Source: an uncultured Clostridia bacterium (GTDB taxonomy: Bacteria; Bacillota; Clostridia; TANB77; CAG-508). From it: a stretch of DNA of 64,000 nt. This document shows, piece after piece, positions 19,489 to 28,051 of the stretch (its first letter is position 1; each line of letters begins with the position of its first letter). The DNA is taken from NCBI GenBank assembly GCA_944391745.1, contig CALXUS010000007.1, positions 9,939 to 73,938 of the forward strand, given 5' to 3'. The position numbers were made by a program, and so were the translations under genes. The notes beneath the pieces are model-generated. The model did not search any database and was not told the DNA's origin. It was given only the letters and a program-made list of their open reading frames with translations.

Positions 19489-20254
19489 AAGAGATATACA
19501 TTGCTTTTGCTATATAAGGAAGAATATCTTCCGTATCATACCATCCGGACATCTTGATTTTTCCATATAGCCCATTTGGATTTGATACATATACTTTATT
19601 TCTATTATCTGTTGCAAGTAATAACATATAATGTGAAGATGTGGTCCATGTACTATCAGGATTATTCCATACACATATAAGTATAGGCTTATTTTTATTC
19701 AACTGCTCCATAACATAATCCTTTTCAAAATACAAACTAGCATACAAAAAATCTGTATTATCAATATTAAATCTATTTTTTAGTTCTTCACTCATCTGAT
19801 TTCCTTCTAAATGTTCCCCATCAAATTTGACATATATTTTTCTCAAATCTTCTGGAGTATAGTCATATCCATATCCACTTAGTAAAGTAGCTATTGCTGC
19901 TAGACCACAACCATTTTCTTCAAATGTTCCACCCCAGTATTCATTATTTTTATATGATGCATTTCCAACTTGTTTATATTCTTTATATACTTTTCCGTCT
20001 ATTGTTGTAAAAGTAGTATCATATCCATCTTTTCCCTCTACTCTCTTTTGTCCAGGGCCACTATAATTAGGATTATTGCTAAGTTCTTCTACATTTATAG
20101 ACAAAGTTTTTGTTTTTTGTAATCCATAATTTAATTTAGATATCGCTCCCGCATATTTATTTACTAAAATATAAATTATCATAACAATTATCAAAATAAC
20201 TATAACAATCCTTTTATTATTTAATTTTTTCTTTTTTATATTTCTACTAATCAT
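19487..20254 (-). CDS. Membrane-anchored C39-like (papain-fold) cysteine peptidase domain protein
   Basis: 255 aa with an N-terminal TM anchor, a candidate catalytic Cys in EENGCGLAAIATLL and a later SSHYMLLL His block. The family call comes from motif resemblance only. Confidence 0.5.
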   Translation of the reverse strand: MISRNIKKKKLNNKRIVIVILIIVMIIYILVNKYAGAISKLNYGLQKTKTLSINVEELSNNPNYSGPGQKRVEGKDGYDTTFTTIDGKVYKEYKQVGNASYKNNEYWGGTFEENGCGLAAIATLLSGYGYDYTPEDLRKIYVKFDGEHLEGNQMSEELKNRFNIDNTDFLYASLYFEKDYVMEQLNKNKPILICVWNNPDSTWTTSSHYMLLLATDNRNKVYVSNPNGLYGKIKMSGWYDTEDILPYIAKAMYIS

Positions 20255-20349
20255 ATTACCCTCCTAACAAATGTATAAAATGCTTTTCATTTTCTTTAAA
20301 TAAATTATAAAAAAAACTAAATAAAAATGTTTTAATTATTTGTGAAGAA

Positions 20350-20402
20350 TTTCTTACAATTTCCTTACAATCTACACTAATCCAATAATTCTGTGTTATA
20401 CT
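20350..20402 (+). promoter_or_regulatory. Putative activator-dependent promoter with tandem 11-bp direct repeats
   Basis: TTTCTTACAAT (20350-20360) and TTCCTTACAAT (20361-20371) abut a weak -35 position. A TG-extended TATACT sits at 20397-20402. OmpR-family regulators typically bind direct repeats with ~11-bp periodicity. Confidence 0.35.
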
Positions 20403-20431
20403 ATAACTATTAAAATTTAAAAGAGGTTTAT

Positions 20432-21121
20432 ATGAGTTACAATATTTTAGTATTAGATGACGAAAAAGAGATTGCCGATCTGGTAGAATTATCATTGAAT
20501 GACTCTCTTTTCAATGTTTATAAATTTACAGAAAGCAAAAAAGCCATAGACTGCATTAAGACAACAAAGTTAGATATGGCCATATTAGATGTAATGCTTC
20601 CAGATATTGATGGTTTTACAATCTGTAAAATGATTAGAGAAAAATATAATTTTCCTATACTTATGCTGACTGCAAAAGTTGATGATGTTTCAAAGATAAA
20701 AGGTCTTTCTATTGGAGCTGATGATTATATTACTAAGCCATTCAATCCATTGGAATTACTAGCCAGAGTAAAATCTGCTCTTAGAAGATTTCATGAATAT
20801 AATGGTGAAATTTCTAAAGAACCCGATATTATAGAAATTAACTCACTAAGGATAAATGAAAAAAATCATAAATGCTATTTATTAGATGAAGAAATAGATT
20901 TAACGCCTATTGAGTTTTCAATTTTATTATATCTTTCCAAGAATAAAGGAAAAGTTGTAAATTCAGAAGAACTTTTTGAAAACGTCTGGAAAGAAAAATC
21001 TTATGATTGTAATAATACTGTGATGGTTCATATCAAAAGGTTAAGAGAAAAATTACATGAGCCACCTAAAAATCCAAAAATTATAAAAACTGTATGGGGT
21101 ATTGGATATGAAATCGAGTGA
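20432..21121 (+). CDS. OmpR/PhoB-family response regulator (VanR-like)
   Basis: 229 aa with a receiver domain (DD...D...K pattern, LDVMLPDIDG) and a winged-helix C-terminus (TVWGIGY). Confidence 0.9.
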   Translation: MSYNILVLDDEKEIADLVELSLNDSLFNVYKFTESKKAIDCIKTTKLDMAILDVMLPDIDGFTICKMIREKYNFPILMLTAKVDDVSKIKGLSIGADDYITKPFNPLELLARVKSALRRFHEYNGEISKEPDIIEINSLRINEKNHKCYLLDEEIDLTPIEFSILLYLSKNKGKVVNSEELFENVWKEKSYDCNNTVMVHIKRLREKLHEPPKNPKIIKTVWGIGYEIE

Positions 21122-22184
21122 TAAATATAGCAAAATTATTTTTAAAAGAATTGGAATTAGAATCCTTTTATTTTCCATAATTTTCTCATTAATATTAGCC
21201 TCTTGCTTTGCAATTGGAGAAATAATATTTGGAAGAATTATTTGGCAACCTACTGACATGTTATATATTTTTTTAGTAAATTTAAGAAGCCTACTTCCTT
21301 TTATATGGGCAGTTGGAATAATTGGAATAATCTTCTTTTATTTAAGAAGAATTTTAATTTATTTAGATTATGTAATGGATGCTAGTAATAAATTAATAAC
21401 TAGTGACAAAAATTTTATTGAATTGCCATCTGATTTAAAAATTTTAGAGAGCCGATTAAATCAAAGTAAAAAAATTGCTTTGGATAATGCAGCTATAGCC
21501 AAAGCTAATGAAGATAAAAAAAATGAATTAATTGTATATTTAGCACATGATTTAAAAACTCCTCTTACATCTATTATTGGCTACTTAGAGATTTTAAACG
21601 AATCGCCAGATTTGCCTATTGAGTCAAGAGCAAAATATAGTAAAATAACTCTTGATAAAGCATATAGATTAGAAGAATTAATTAATGAATTCTTTGAAAT
21701 TGCTCGATTTAATGTTGGAAAAATTATTCTTAATAAAACATCGCTTAACTTAAAACTAATGTTTGAGCAAATTTCTTATGAATTTTATCCTATGTCTAAA
21801 GCCAATAATCAACCTATCTTAATAAATTGCGATTCACAAATAAACATTCAAGCTGACCCAGACAAAATTTCAAGAGTTTTTAATAATATTATCAAGAATG
21901 CCATCTCTTATAGCTTTCCAAACTCTTCAATTGAAATAAATGTAACAACTGACAACTCGAATGTAATTATTAATATAAAAAATCATGGAAATACTATACC
22001 CAAAGAAAAACTTGATTATATATTTGAAAAATTTTATAGGCTTGATGAAGCTCGATCGACTAATTCTGGTGGTGCTGGTCTCGGATTGGCTATTGCAAAG
22101 GAAATTGTAGAAGCTCATAATGGAAAAATTACTGCTTCAAGCGATAATGAAGAAACTTGCTTTACTGTAACTCTACCATTATGA
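21102..22184 (+). CDS. Sensor histidine kinase (VanS-like)
   Basis: 360 aa with two N-terminal TM helices, the H-box LAHDLKTPLTSIIGYLEIL, an N-box and the G-box GGAGLGLAIAKEIV. It overlaps the RR gene by 20 nt. Confidence 0.88.
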   Translation: MDMKSSDKYSKIIFKRIGIRILLFSIIFSLILASCFAIGEIIFGRIIWQPTDMLYIFLVNLRSLLPFIWAVGIIGIIFFYLRRILIYLDYVMDASNKLITSDKNFIELPSDLKILESRLNQSKKIALDNAAIAKANEDKKNELIVYLAHDLKTPLTSIIGYLEILNESPDLPIESRAKYSKITLDKAYRLEELINEFFEIARFNVGKIILNKTSLNLKLMFEQISYEFYPMSKANNQPILINCDSQINIQADPDKISRVFNNIIKNAISYSFPNSSIEINVTTDNSNVIINIKNHGNTIPKEKLDYIFEKFYRLDEARSTNSGGAGLGLAIAKEIVEAHNGKITASSDNEETCFTVTLPL

Positions 22185-22186
22185 TG

Positions 22187-22243
22187 AGGCTGTTTTCGGA
22201 AGGTGTCCCCAAAAACAGCCCCAAAACAGCTCCAAAAATAGCC
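22187..22243 (+). repeat. G/T-rich palindromic 3'-end element, copy C (core plus tail)
   Basis: GGCTGTTTTCGGAAGGTGTCCCCAAAAACAGCC followed by CCAAAACAGCTCCAAAAATAGCC. It begins 3 nt after the kinase stop codon and is inverted relative to copies A and B. Confidence 0.8.
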
Positions 22244-22797
22244 TAAATTTTCAGATATTTAATTGATGAAAGTATGCAATCTGCAATGCAAACTACAATT
22301 AAAACAATTATTATAATGTCTTGATAACTTGGTTTTAAATGATTCTTAATTTTGTCGGTTAACCTTTTTATATTAGGATGTATACCTTCCATAAGCAATA
22401 TTCCCAAAGCTCCCCAAACAATCGTATAAGCTAAGCTTACTCTTCCTTGTATATTCAAAAAATCATTTGAATAATCCCACCATCTAAGACCAAATACTGC
22501 TTCTAAAACATAAGATACAACATACTCAAAAGCAGTAAAAGCAAATGCTGCTATAAGAAATTCCGTCATTGGCTTGCCTTTACAATTTCTTAATAAAAAA
22601 ATCAAGAAAATTGCTCCAAAACCATATATAGGACAAAGTGGTCCAAGTAAAAATCCTCTATTTACAAATTTTCCTTCGACAAAAAAAGCATAAATAGTTT
22701 CTAAACACCAACCGATGAAACTATAAATAAAAAAGTATAAAATTACATTTTTTATTTTTCCGTGCTTTTTTATGACTGTCAATTCGTTCATTATCAA
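22243..22797 (-). CDS. Polytopic membrane protein, 'putative ABC-transporter type IV'/DUF1113-like (paralog 1)
   Basis: 184 aa with the block FIYSFIGWCLETIY...NRGFLLGPLCPIYGFG. Paralog of 23719..24339. Confidence 0.55.
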   Translation of the reverse strand: MIMNELTVIKKHGKIKNVILYFFIYSFIGWCLETIYAFFVEGKFVNRGFLLGPLCPIYGFGAIFLIFLLRNCKGKPMTEFLIAAFAFTAFEYVVSYVLEAVFGLRWWDYSNDFLNIQGRVSLAYTIVWGALGILLMEGIHPNIKRLTDKIKNHLKPSYQDIIIIVLIVVCIADCILSSIKYLKI

Positions 22798-22838
22798 TAT
22801 CCCCCATTTTGAACAAACTATATTACATCAGAAATATT

Positions 22839-23624
22839 CTATTTTATACTTTTTTCTTTGGTTTTATCATCTCTAAAAAAATTAATTGCCTCTTCTGTGG
22901 TTTTTGATTTATCTAATTTACTAACAACTAAAATTACTATCCCTACTATTAAAAAAGTAGCTACATAAGCTATAATAGAAACTTTAAAATTTCCACCTAA
23001 TATATTCTCTCCAGCTATTGTTGAAGATATAACCGAAGGAAATCTTGCAAAAGTAGATATAAAAATAAATCTTAATGGCTTAATTGGTAATAACCCTGCT
23101 ATATACACCAATAAATCTTTTGGTGTACCTGGAATCAAAAAAAGTATAAGCATTATCCACTCTATCTTTTTAGGATTTTGAAATAATTTGCTATTTTCTA
23201 TTTTCTTTACACTTTCTTCATTGCAAAAACTATAAACAAATTTCCTTCCTAAAGCTCTAACTGCCAAAAAGATAATTGTAGTTATTATAAATGCTGAAAC
23301 AGTAATAAATATTGCTCCTCCAATTTGTCCATAGCACATTCCTGCTAAAATTTCTATTGGCTCTCCTGGTATTATTATTAAAAAAATCTGAGCAAATTGA
23401 AGTCCAAATAGCATAAGCATTCCAACAAAACCTAAATCGTCTATTTTCTGCTTAAAGGCTAACTTTCCTTCAGTCGTACTTATACCTTTAAACAAAGGCC
23501 ATAAATATACTATTGCTACAATAAGTATTCCAATTATTAATGCTAACATTAAAAGTTTAAATATTGTTACTTTAGTTTTTCTACTCATATTTTCCTCTTT
23601 TATACATATTTGTAACTTATTCAC
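22839..23624 (-). CDS. TVP38/TMEM64 (DedA-related) family membrane protein
   Basis: 261 aa, polytopic, with the block IIPGEPIEILAGMCYG typical of the family. The true start may be the internal Met (MSRKTKV). Confidence 0.68.
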   Translation of the reverse strand: MNKLQICIKEENMSRKTKVTIFKLLMLALIIGILIVAIVYLWPLFKGISTTEGKLAFKQKIDDLGFVGMLMLFGLQFAQIFLIIIPGEPIEILAGMCYGQIGGAIFITVSAFIITTIIFLAVRALGRKFVYSFCNEESVKKIENSKLFQNPKKIEWIMLILFLIPGTPKDLLVYIAGLLPIKPLRFIFISTFARFPSVISSTIAGENILGGNFKVSIIAYVATFLIVGIVILVVSKLDKSKTTEEAINFFRDDKTKEKSIK

Positions 23625-23718
23625 ATATTTTATATTATACTATAGAATTACATAAAAATAAAGTGGTTTAAGAATTTCTTAATCTTTATTAAGACTAATT
23701 TAATATTTATCGGTTTCT

Positions 23719-24339
23719 TCATCTATTAATTCTATTTCTATATACTTTATCTAAAACTTTATCAGGAAAATATTCATCTAAAAATTCATCTATTTCTCCA
23801 TTAGCTTCTATATTTTCCCTCCTTTCATATTCTCTTTGAGCAGCAAGAGATGATATTGAAATATTAAAAACCATAAAAACAACAGCAAAAATAGTGATTA
23901 CCCTTGTACCTATTCTGTATAAAAATTTATTAAAGAATTTTTCAAAATACGGATATACAATCTTTATAAAAACAACCCCTAAAATCCCCCATACAATACA
24001 ATATAAAATACTAGTTCTCCCATTAAAATTCAGAAATTGATTTGAATAGTCCCATGAAACCGTTCCAAACATTTTTTCCTGAAAGTAAGAACACAAATAT
24101 TCAGTAACACCACCTAAGATGCTACTAGTCACAAATACTTGTAATGAATTTCTCATCTTTGGTAAAATCAAATAAAATGCAAGTGTTCCTATACCATAAA
24201 CAGGTGCAAATGGTCCAAAGATTAGCCCCTGTCTTGTCTCAAATTCTCCTGTTCTAACAAAATTAAATACAACCTCCATAATATATCCTAATAAACAACC
24301 TATAACAAACACCCAAAACAATTTGATAAATTTTTTCAT
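23719..24339 (-). CDS. Polytopic membrane protein, DUF1113-like (paralog 2)
   Basis: 206 aa with the block LLGYIMEVVF...RQGLIFGPFAPVYGIG and WDYSNQFLNFNGRTS, matching paralog 1 (WDYSNDFLNIQGRVS). Confidence 0.55.
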   Translation of the reverse strand: MKKFIKLFWVFVIGCLLGYIMEVVFNFVRTGEFETRQGLIFGPFAPVYGIGTLAFYLILPKMRNSLQVFVTSSILGGVTEYLCSYFQEKMFGTVSWDYSNQFLNFNGRTSILYCIVWGILGVVFIKIVYPYFEKFFNKFLYRIGTRVITIFAVVFMVFNISISSLAAQREYERRENIEANGEIDEFLDEYFPDKVLDKVYRNRINR

Positions 24340-24427
24340 AAATTACACTCTCCTATTTATATTAACCTTATTATGGACAATTTTTTAAGTTAAAATACTA
24401 TATTAATATGTTTTTATGTGTTAAAGT

Positions 24428-24457
24428 TTGACTCAACTCTAGATGTTGATATATAAT
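24428..24457 (+). promoter_or_regulatory. Putative MerR-type promoter/operator
   Basis: TTGACT (24428-24433), 18-nt spacer, TATAAT (24452-24457). The spacer contains the dyad CAAC-TCTAGAT-GTTG (24434-24448). Confidence 0.4.
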
Positions 24458-24486
24458 ATTAAAAAATTTAGAAAGGAAGTTTTTAT

Positions 24487-24882
24487 ATGTCATATACAAT
24501 TGGAGAAGTTGCGAAAAAAATGAATTTATCTGTTCACACAATAAGATATTATGAAAAAGAAGGCTTAATTCCTTCAATATCTAGAACTAAAAGCGGCTTA
24601 AGAACATTTGAAGACGCAGACTTAGAATGGATAAAATTAATTGAATGCTTAAAAGCTACTAATATGCCTTTAAAGGACATTAAAACTTATATAGACTGGT
24701 ATATTGAAGGAGACAGTACTATTCCTAAAAGATATGAAATGTTTTTAAAAAGAAAACAAATTGTTGAAAATCAAATTAAAGAATTGCAAAAAACATTAAC
24801 CTTTATTAATTTTAAGTGCAATTATTATGAAAATGCCATAAAGAATGGATCAACAAAAATGAAAGAAAAATTATATAAGTAA
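24487..24882 (+). CDS. MerR-family transcriptional regulator
   Basis: 131 aa with the N-terminal helix-turn-helix YTIGEVAKKMNLSVHTIRYYEKEGLI and a coiled-coil dimerisation helix. Confidence 0.87.
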   Translation: MSYTIGEVAKKMNLSVHTIRYYEKEGLIPSISRTKSGLRTFEDADLEWIKLIECLKATNMPLKDIKTYIDWYIEGDSTIPKRYEMFLKRKQIVENQIKELQKTLTFINFKCNYYENAIKNGSTKMKEKLYK

Positions 24883-24886
24883 AAAT

Positions 24887-24922
24887 AAACTCTAATAGTT
24901 TATATACTATTAGAGTTTTATG
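24887..24922 (+). terminator. Intrinsic terminator after the MerR gene
   Basis: 13-bp stem AAACTCTAATAGT / ACTATTAGAGTTT with a T-rich 3' side. Confidence 0.65.
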
Positions 24923-25079
24923 AAATATTAAAGTTTATTTATATTAAATCTATATCTTTATTTAAAGGGGAGTTAAAGATATAGGTTTAACCGAATTAAT
25001 TTAAATAGAGTTTTATAACTCTTCTATATATCATTTTACATTTCTCTAAAATTCAATTTATACAGAAATGTAATTTATT

Positions 25080-25829
25080 TTATGCTACAAGTTTTTGAGC
25101 TCTGTAACTCTGATAAGACAAAGAATATTCTTCTCCTTCCTTCAAAAGTTTATTAGCATCTTCTTCAGGTATGACATTATATTTTACCATTGCTTCTATA
25201 ACTTGTTTAGCCCTTTGTTTAGCCAATTCAAGATTTATAGTTGGTGCATATACTGATGGTGCATTTGGAATACCTGCAAGCATTACTGCTTCATAATCTG
25301 TAAGTTCTAATGGATCTTTTCCAAAGTATCCTCTTGATGCCTCTTTTACAGTTTCATAGCCATCTCCAAAATAACTAGTATTTAAATATAATTCTAGGAT
25401 TTCATTCTTACTATATTTATCTTCTATTTTAAAAGCCATAAAAACTTCTGCAACCTTCCTAGTAAATTCTTTTTCTTGTGTAAAATATATATTTTTAGCT
25501 AATTGTTGCGTTATAGTACTTCCACCTTCTGCCAAACTCATAGTCTTTATATCATTCCATATTGCTCTACCTATTGCTATAATATCTATTCCACCATGTG
25601 TATAAAATCTATGATCTTCAACTGCTACAACTGCCTTTTTATAAATATCTGGCATTTCATCTAATGTTGTATAATTATCTTTTTCTTTTATTTGTGATAC
25701 CTTTTCGTCTAAAGGAGTTTTGTCTATAGCTTCTTTATACATATTGTATCCTGTACCAACTATTATTAAAGCAAAACTCAGTAATACTATAAATATAACA
25801 ATTAATATTTTACCTATTACTTTTTTCAT
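25080..25829 (-). CDS. Monofunctional peptidoglycan glycosyltransferase (GT51)
   Basis: 249 aa with an N-terminal TM anchor and GT51 motifs AVEDHRFYTHGGID and GGSTITQQLAKN. Confidence 0.87.
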   Translation of the reverse strand: MKKVIGKILIVIFIVLLSFALIIVGTGYNMYKEAIDKTPLDEKVSQIKEKDNYTTLDEMPDIYKKAVVAVEDHRFYTHGGIDIIAIGRAIWNDIKTMSLAEGGSTITQQLAKNIYFTQEKEFTRKVAEVFMAFKIEDKYSKNEILELYLNTSYFGDGYETVKEASRGYFGKDPLELTDYEAVMLAGIPNAPSVYAPTINLELAKQRAKQVIEAMVKYNVIPEEDANKLLKEGEEYSLSYQSYRAQKLVA

Positions 25830-25963
25830 TACTACCTTTCCAAAACTTCTATAAAAAAGTTTTTTTATGCTCCAAATCTTATTATATTTTGGATAAACTC
25901 ATTTTCTATTTATATAATAACAAACAAAAATGAATTTAAAGTGACTTTTTTCTTAATTAAATC

Positions 25964-28051
25964 TTAATTTTCTTCTTTTATAATATTTTTACTACCATAA
26001 TATGTAGCTAAGAAATATCCTCCATATATTGCACCTATAAGCACTGCTGTCATAATAATTGAACTAAATATGTCTTGTTTTCCAAATACAGATAATATTA
26101 TGCTAGCAACTTTCATGCCAAATATTGAATGTATTATTGCTAAAAATAGTGGTAGCATGAAGAATATTGCAATTTGCTTAAACAGTGCGCTATTTATCAT
26201 TTTTTCATCTGCACCAATTCTTCTTAACACTTTATAACGTTCTTTATTATCTGAGCTATCAGATAATTCTTTAAGTGCTAATATTGCTGCACTTGATATT
26301 AAAAATGTTATTCCTAAATATAATCCAATAAATGTAACTGTTGCAGATATTCCTACACTTGCTTCATAATTAGTTATTTTAGTAAATGCTGACATATTTT
26401 CAAATATTACATTATTTACCGCTTCTCCATTACTTGAAATGTCCACAATTTTGTTTTCAATAGCTTGTTTTTCTTCATCAGTTTGACCTTTATATATTCC
26501 TGATAAAAGCATACTATATTTCCATTCCTCTTTTACTGCTTCGTCTGGAAGAATTATTGTTCCAGTTTCCATTGCCTGTGTTGAAATAGAAATTACTGTA
26601 TTTATACATTCACTAAATGCTGGTTTATATTCTTTTCCTTCAATTGTCAGTTTTGTTCCCATGCTTAAAGATGTATCTCTATAACTTTTCATTGCATCAT
26701 AATTACATACTACTGCATATTCATCATCTTTCAAACTTATTTCTTGTCTTCCATATAATTTTTGCAATTTATTATAATCTGAAAGTTTTATTACAGTTTC
26801 AGGATAGTCTAATTCTAATGCGGGAAAATCTTTTGCTATTCCTTCAAGTACTGGTCCTAAAGTTTCTTTTGCTGTAACCCCATTTACATGATATTCAGAT
26901 ATTTCTACATAATCTGAAAAATTTGATTTATCAAATCCTACTTTTTCTAAAGAATCTATTATTGGAACTAACGAATCAGCTCTTTGCTCATCGGTATAGT
27001 TAAATGTATCTTTACCATTTGAACTTGTATAAGTTTCTGGTAAGTTATATGGTTTGGTTATCGTAATATCCGCAGGATTCATTTCCTTAAGTTGAGCATT
27101 TAATGAATTATTTAAGCTTATTGCTGATGAAAAAATACATATTGTAAAAAACAGTAATAAACATATAATGCTCATTGAAAATACTGTTGTATTAATTTTG
27201 CTATTTGTTTGTCTTAGTACAAACATATTCAAATCTTTTAAATATATCTTTTTGCTTGCTTGAACAAGCTTTAATGCAAATCCTGAAAGTGAATAGAAAA
27301 ACATAAATGTGCCTACAACTCCAAGACCAATAGCTGTCATAAATTTATCTGCAATAGGTGATGTAACTCCTGTAATGGCTAAATAATATGCATATCCTAA
27401 AACTGCTATTGAAATTATAAATATTATTACAGAAATTACTGGATTTCTTAAAATAACTTTTTCATTTTTCTTTCCTGCATTTAATAAGTCTATTAATTTA
27501 TATTTTGCAACTGTGAATAAATTTAAAATCATTACAATTAAATAAATTCCAGCAAAATATATAATTGTTTTTAGCATCGCTGCTTGTGAAAAAATGAATC
27601 TGTACTCTTCCATATCTGCTTCAAATAGTTTAGCTACAAGTATGGACATTAGCTGTGAGCCAAATATTCCTACAATTAAGCCTACTGCTAAAGAAAAAAT
27701 ACCAATTAATAATGTTTCTAATAAAAGAATTACTGATATATTCCTTCTCCCCATTCCAAGTAGCATATATAGTCCAAATTCTTTTTTTCTTCTCTTAATC
27801 AAAAAGTTATTTGCATATACTATTAAAAATCCTAAAACAAGTGTAACAAATACTGAAACCATACCCAAAACTTGTATCATAAGTTCTATTATTTGCTGTT
27901 TAGATGTACTTAAATCAAGTGCTGCTTGTTGTTCATCCATACTATTAAAAATGTAAAAAATTGCTACGCCAAGAACTAATGTAATAAAATAAATTACATA
28001 GTCTTTCATATTTTTCTTCATATTCTTGAAGGCTAACTTAAATGACATCAT
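25964..28051 (-). CDS. BceB-type ABC transporter permease (FtsX-domain, large extracellular loop)
   Basis: 695 aa with about 10 TM helices and a ~220-aa hydrophilic domain between TM7 and TM8. It overlaps the ATPase gene by 14 nt. Confidence 0.82.
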   Translation of the reverse strand: MMSFKLAFKNMKKNMKDYVIYFITLVLGVAIFYIFNSMDEQQAALDLSTSKQQIIELMIQVLGMVSVFVTLVLGFLIVYANNFLIKRRKKEFGLYMLLGMGRRNISVILLLETLLIGIFSLAVGLIVGIFGSQLMSILVAKLFEADMEEYRFIFSQAAMLKTIIYFAGIYLIVMILNLFTVAKYKLIDLLNAGKKNEKVILRNPVISVIIFIISIAVLGYAYYLAITGVTSPIADKFMTAIGLGVVGTFMFFYSLSGFALKLVQASKKIYLKDLNMFVLRQTNSKINTTVFSMSIICLLLFFTICIFSSAISLNNSLNAQLKEMNPADITITKPYNLPETYTSSNGKDTFNYTDEQRADSLVPIIDSLEKVGFDKSNFSDYVEISEYHVNGVTAKETLGPVLEGIAKDFPALELDYPETVIKLSDYNKLQKLYGRQEISLKDDEYAVVCNYDAMKSYRDTSLSMGTKLTIEGKEYKPAFSECINTVISISTQAMETGTIILPDEAVKEEWKYSMLLSGIYKGQTDEEKQAIENKIVDISSNGEAVNNVIFENMSAFTKITNYEASVGISATVTFIGLYLGITFLISSAAILALKELSDSSDNKERYKVLRRIGADEKMINSALFKQIAIFFMLPLFLAIIHSIFGMKVASIILSVFGKQDIFSSIIMTAVLIGAIYGGYFLATYYGSKNIIKEEN

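Noticed and set aside
20256-20495. 79-aa minus-strand ORF spanning the TCS promoter region
   Set aside because: It overlaps the response-regulator start and the divergent promoter, has no RBS and has an implausible composition. The region is better explained as regulatory DNA.
25938-25956. Second BceR-like box downstream of the permease gene
   Set aside because: Only one half-site (GTGAC) is convincing, and the spacing differs. I mention it under the operator finding but do not annotate it.
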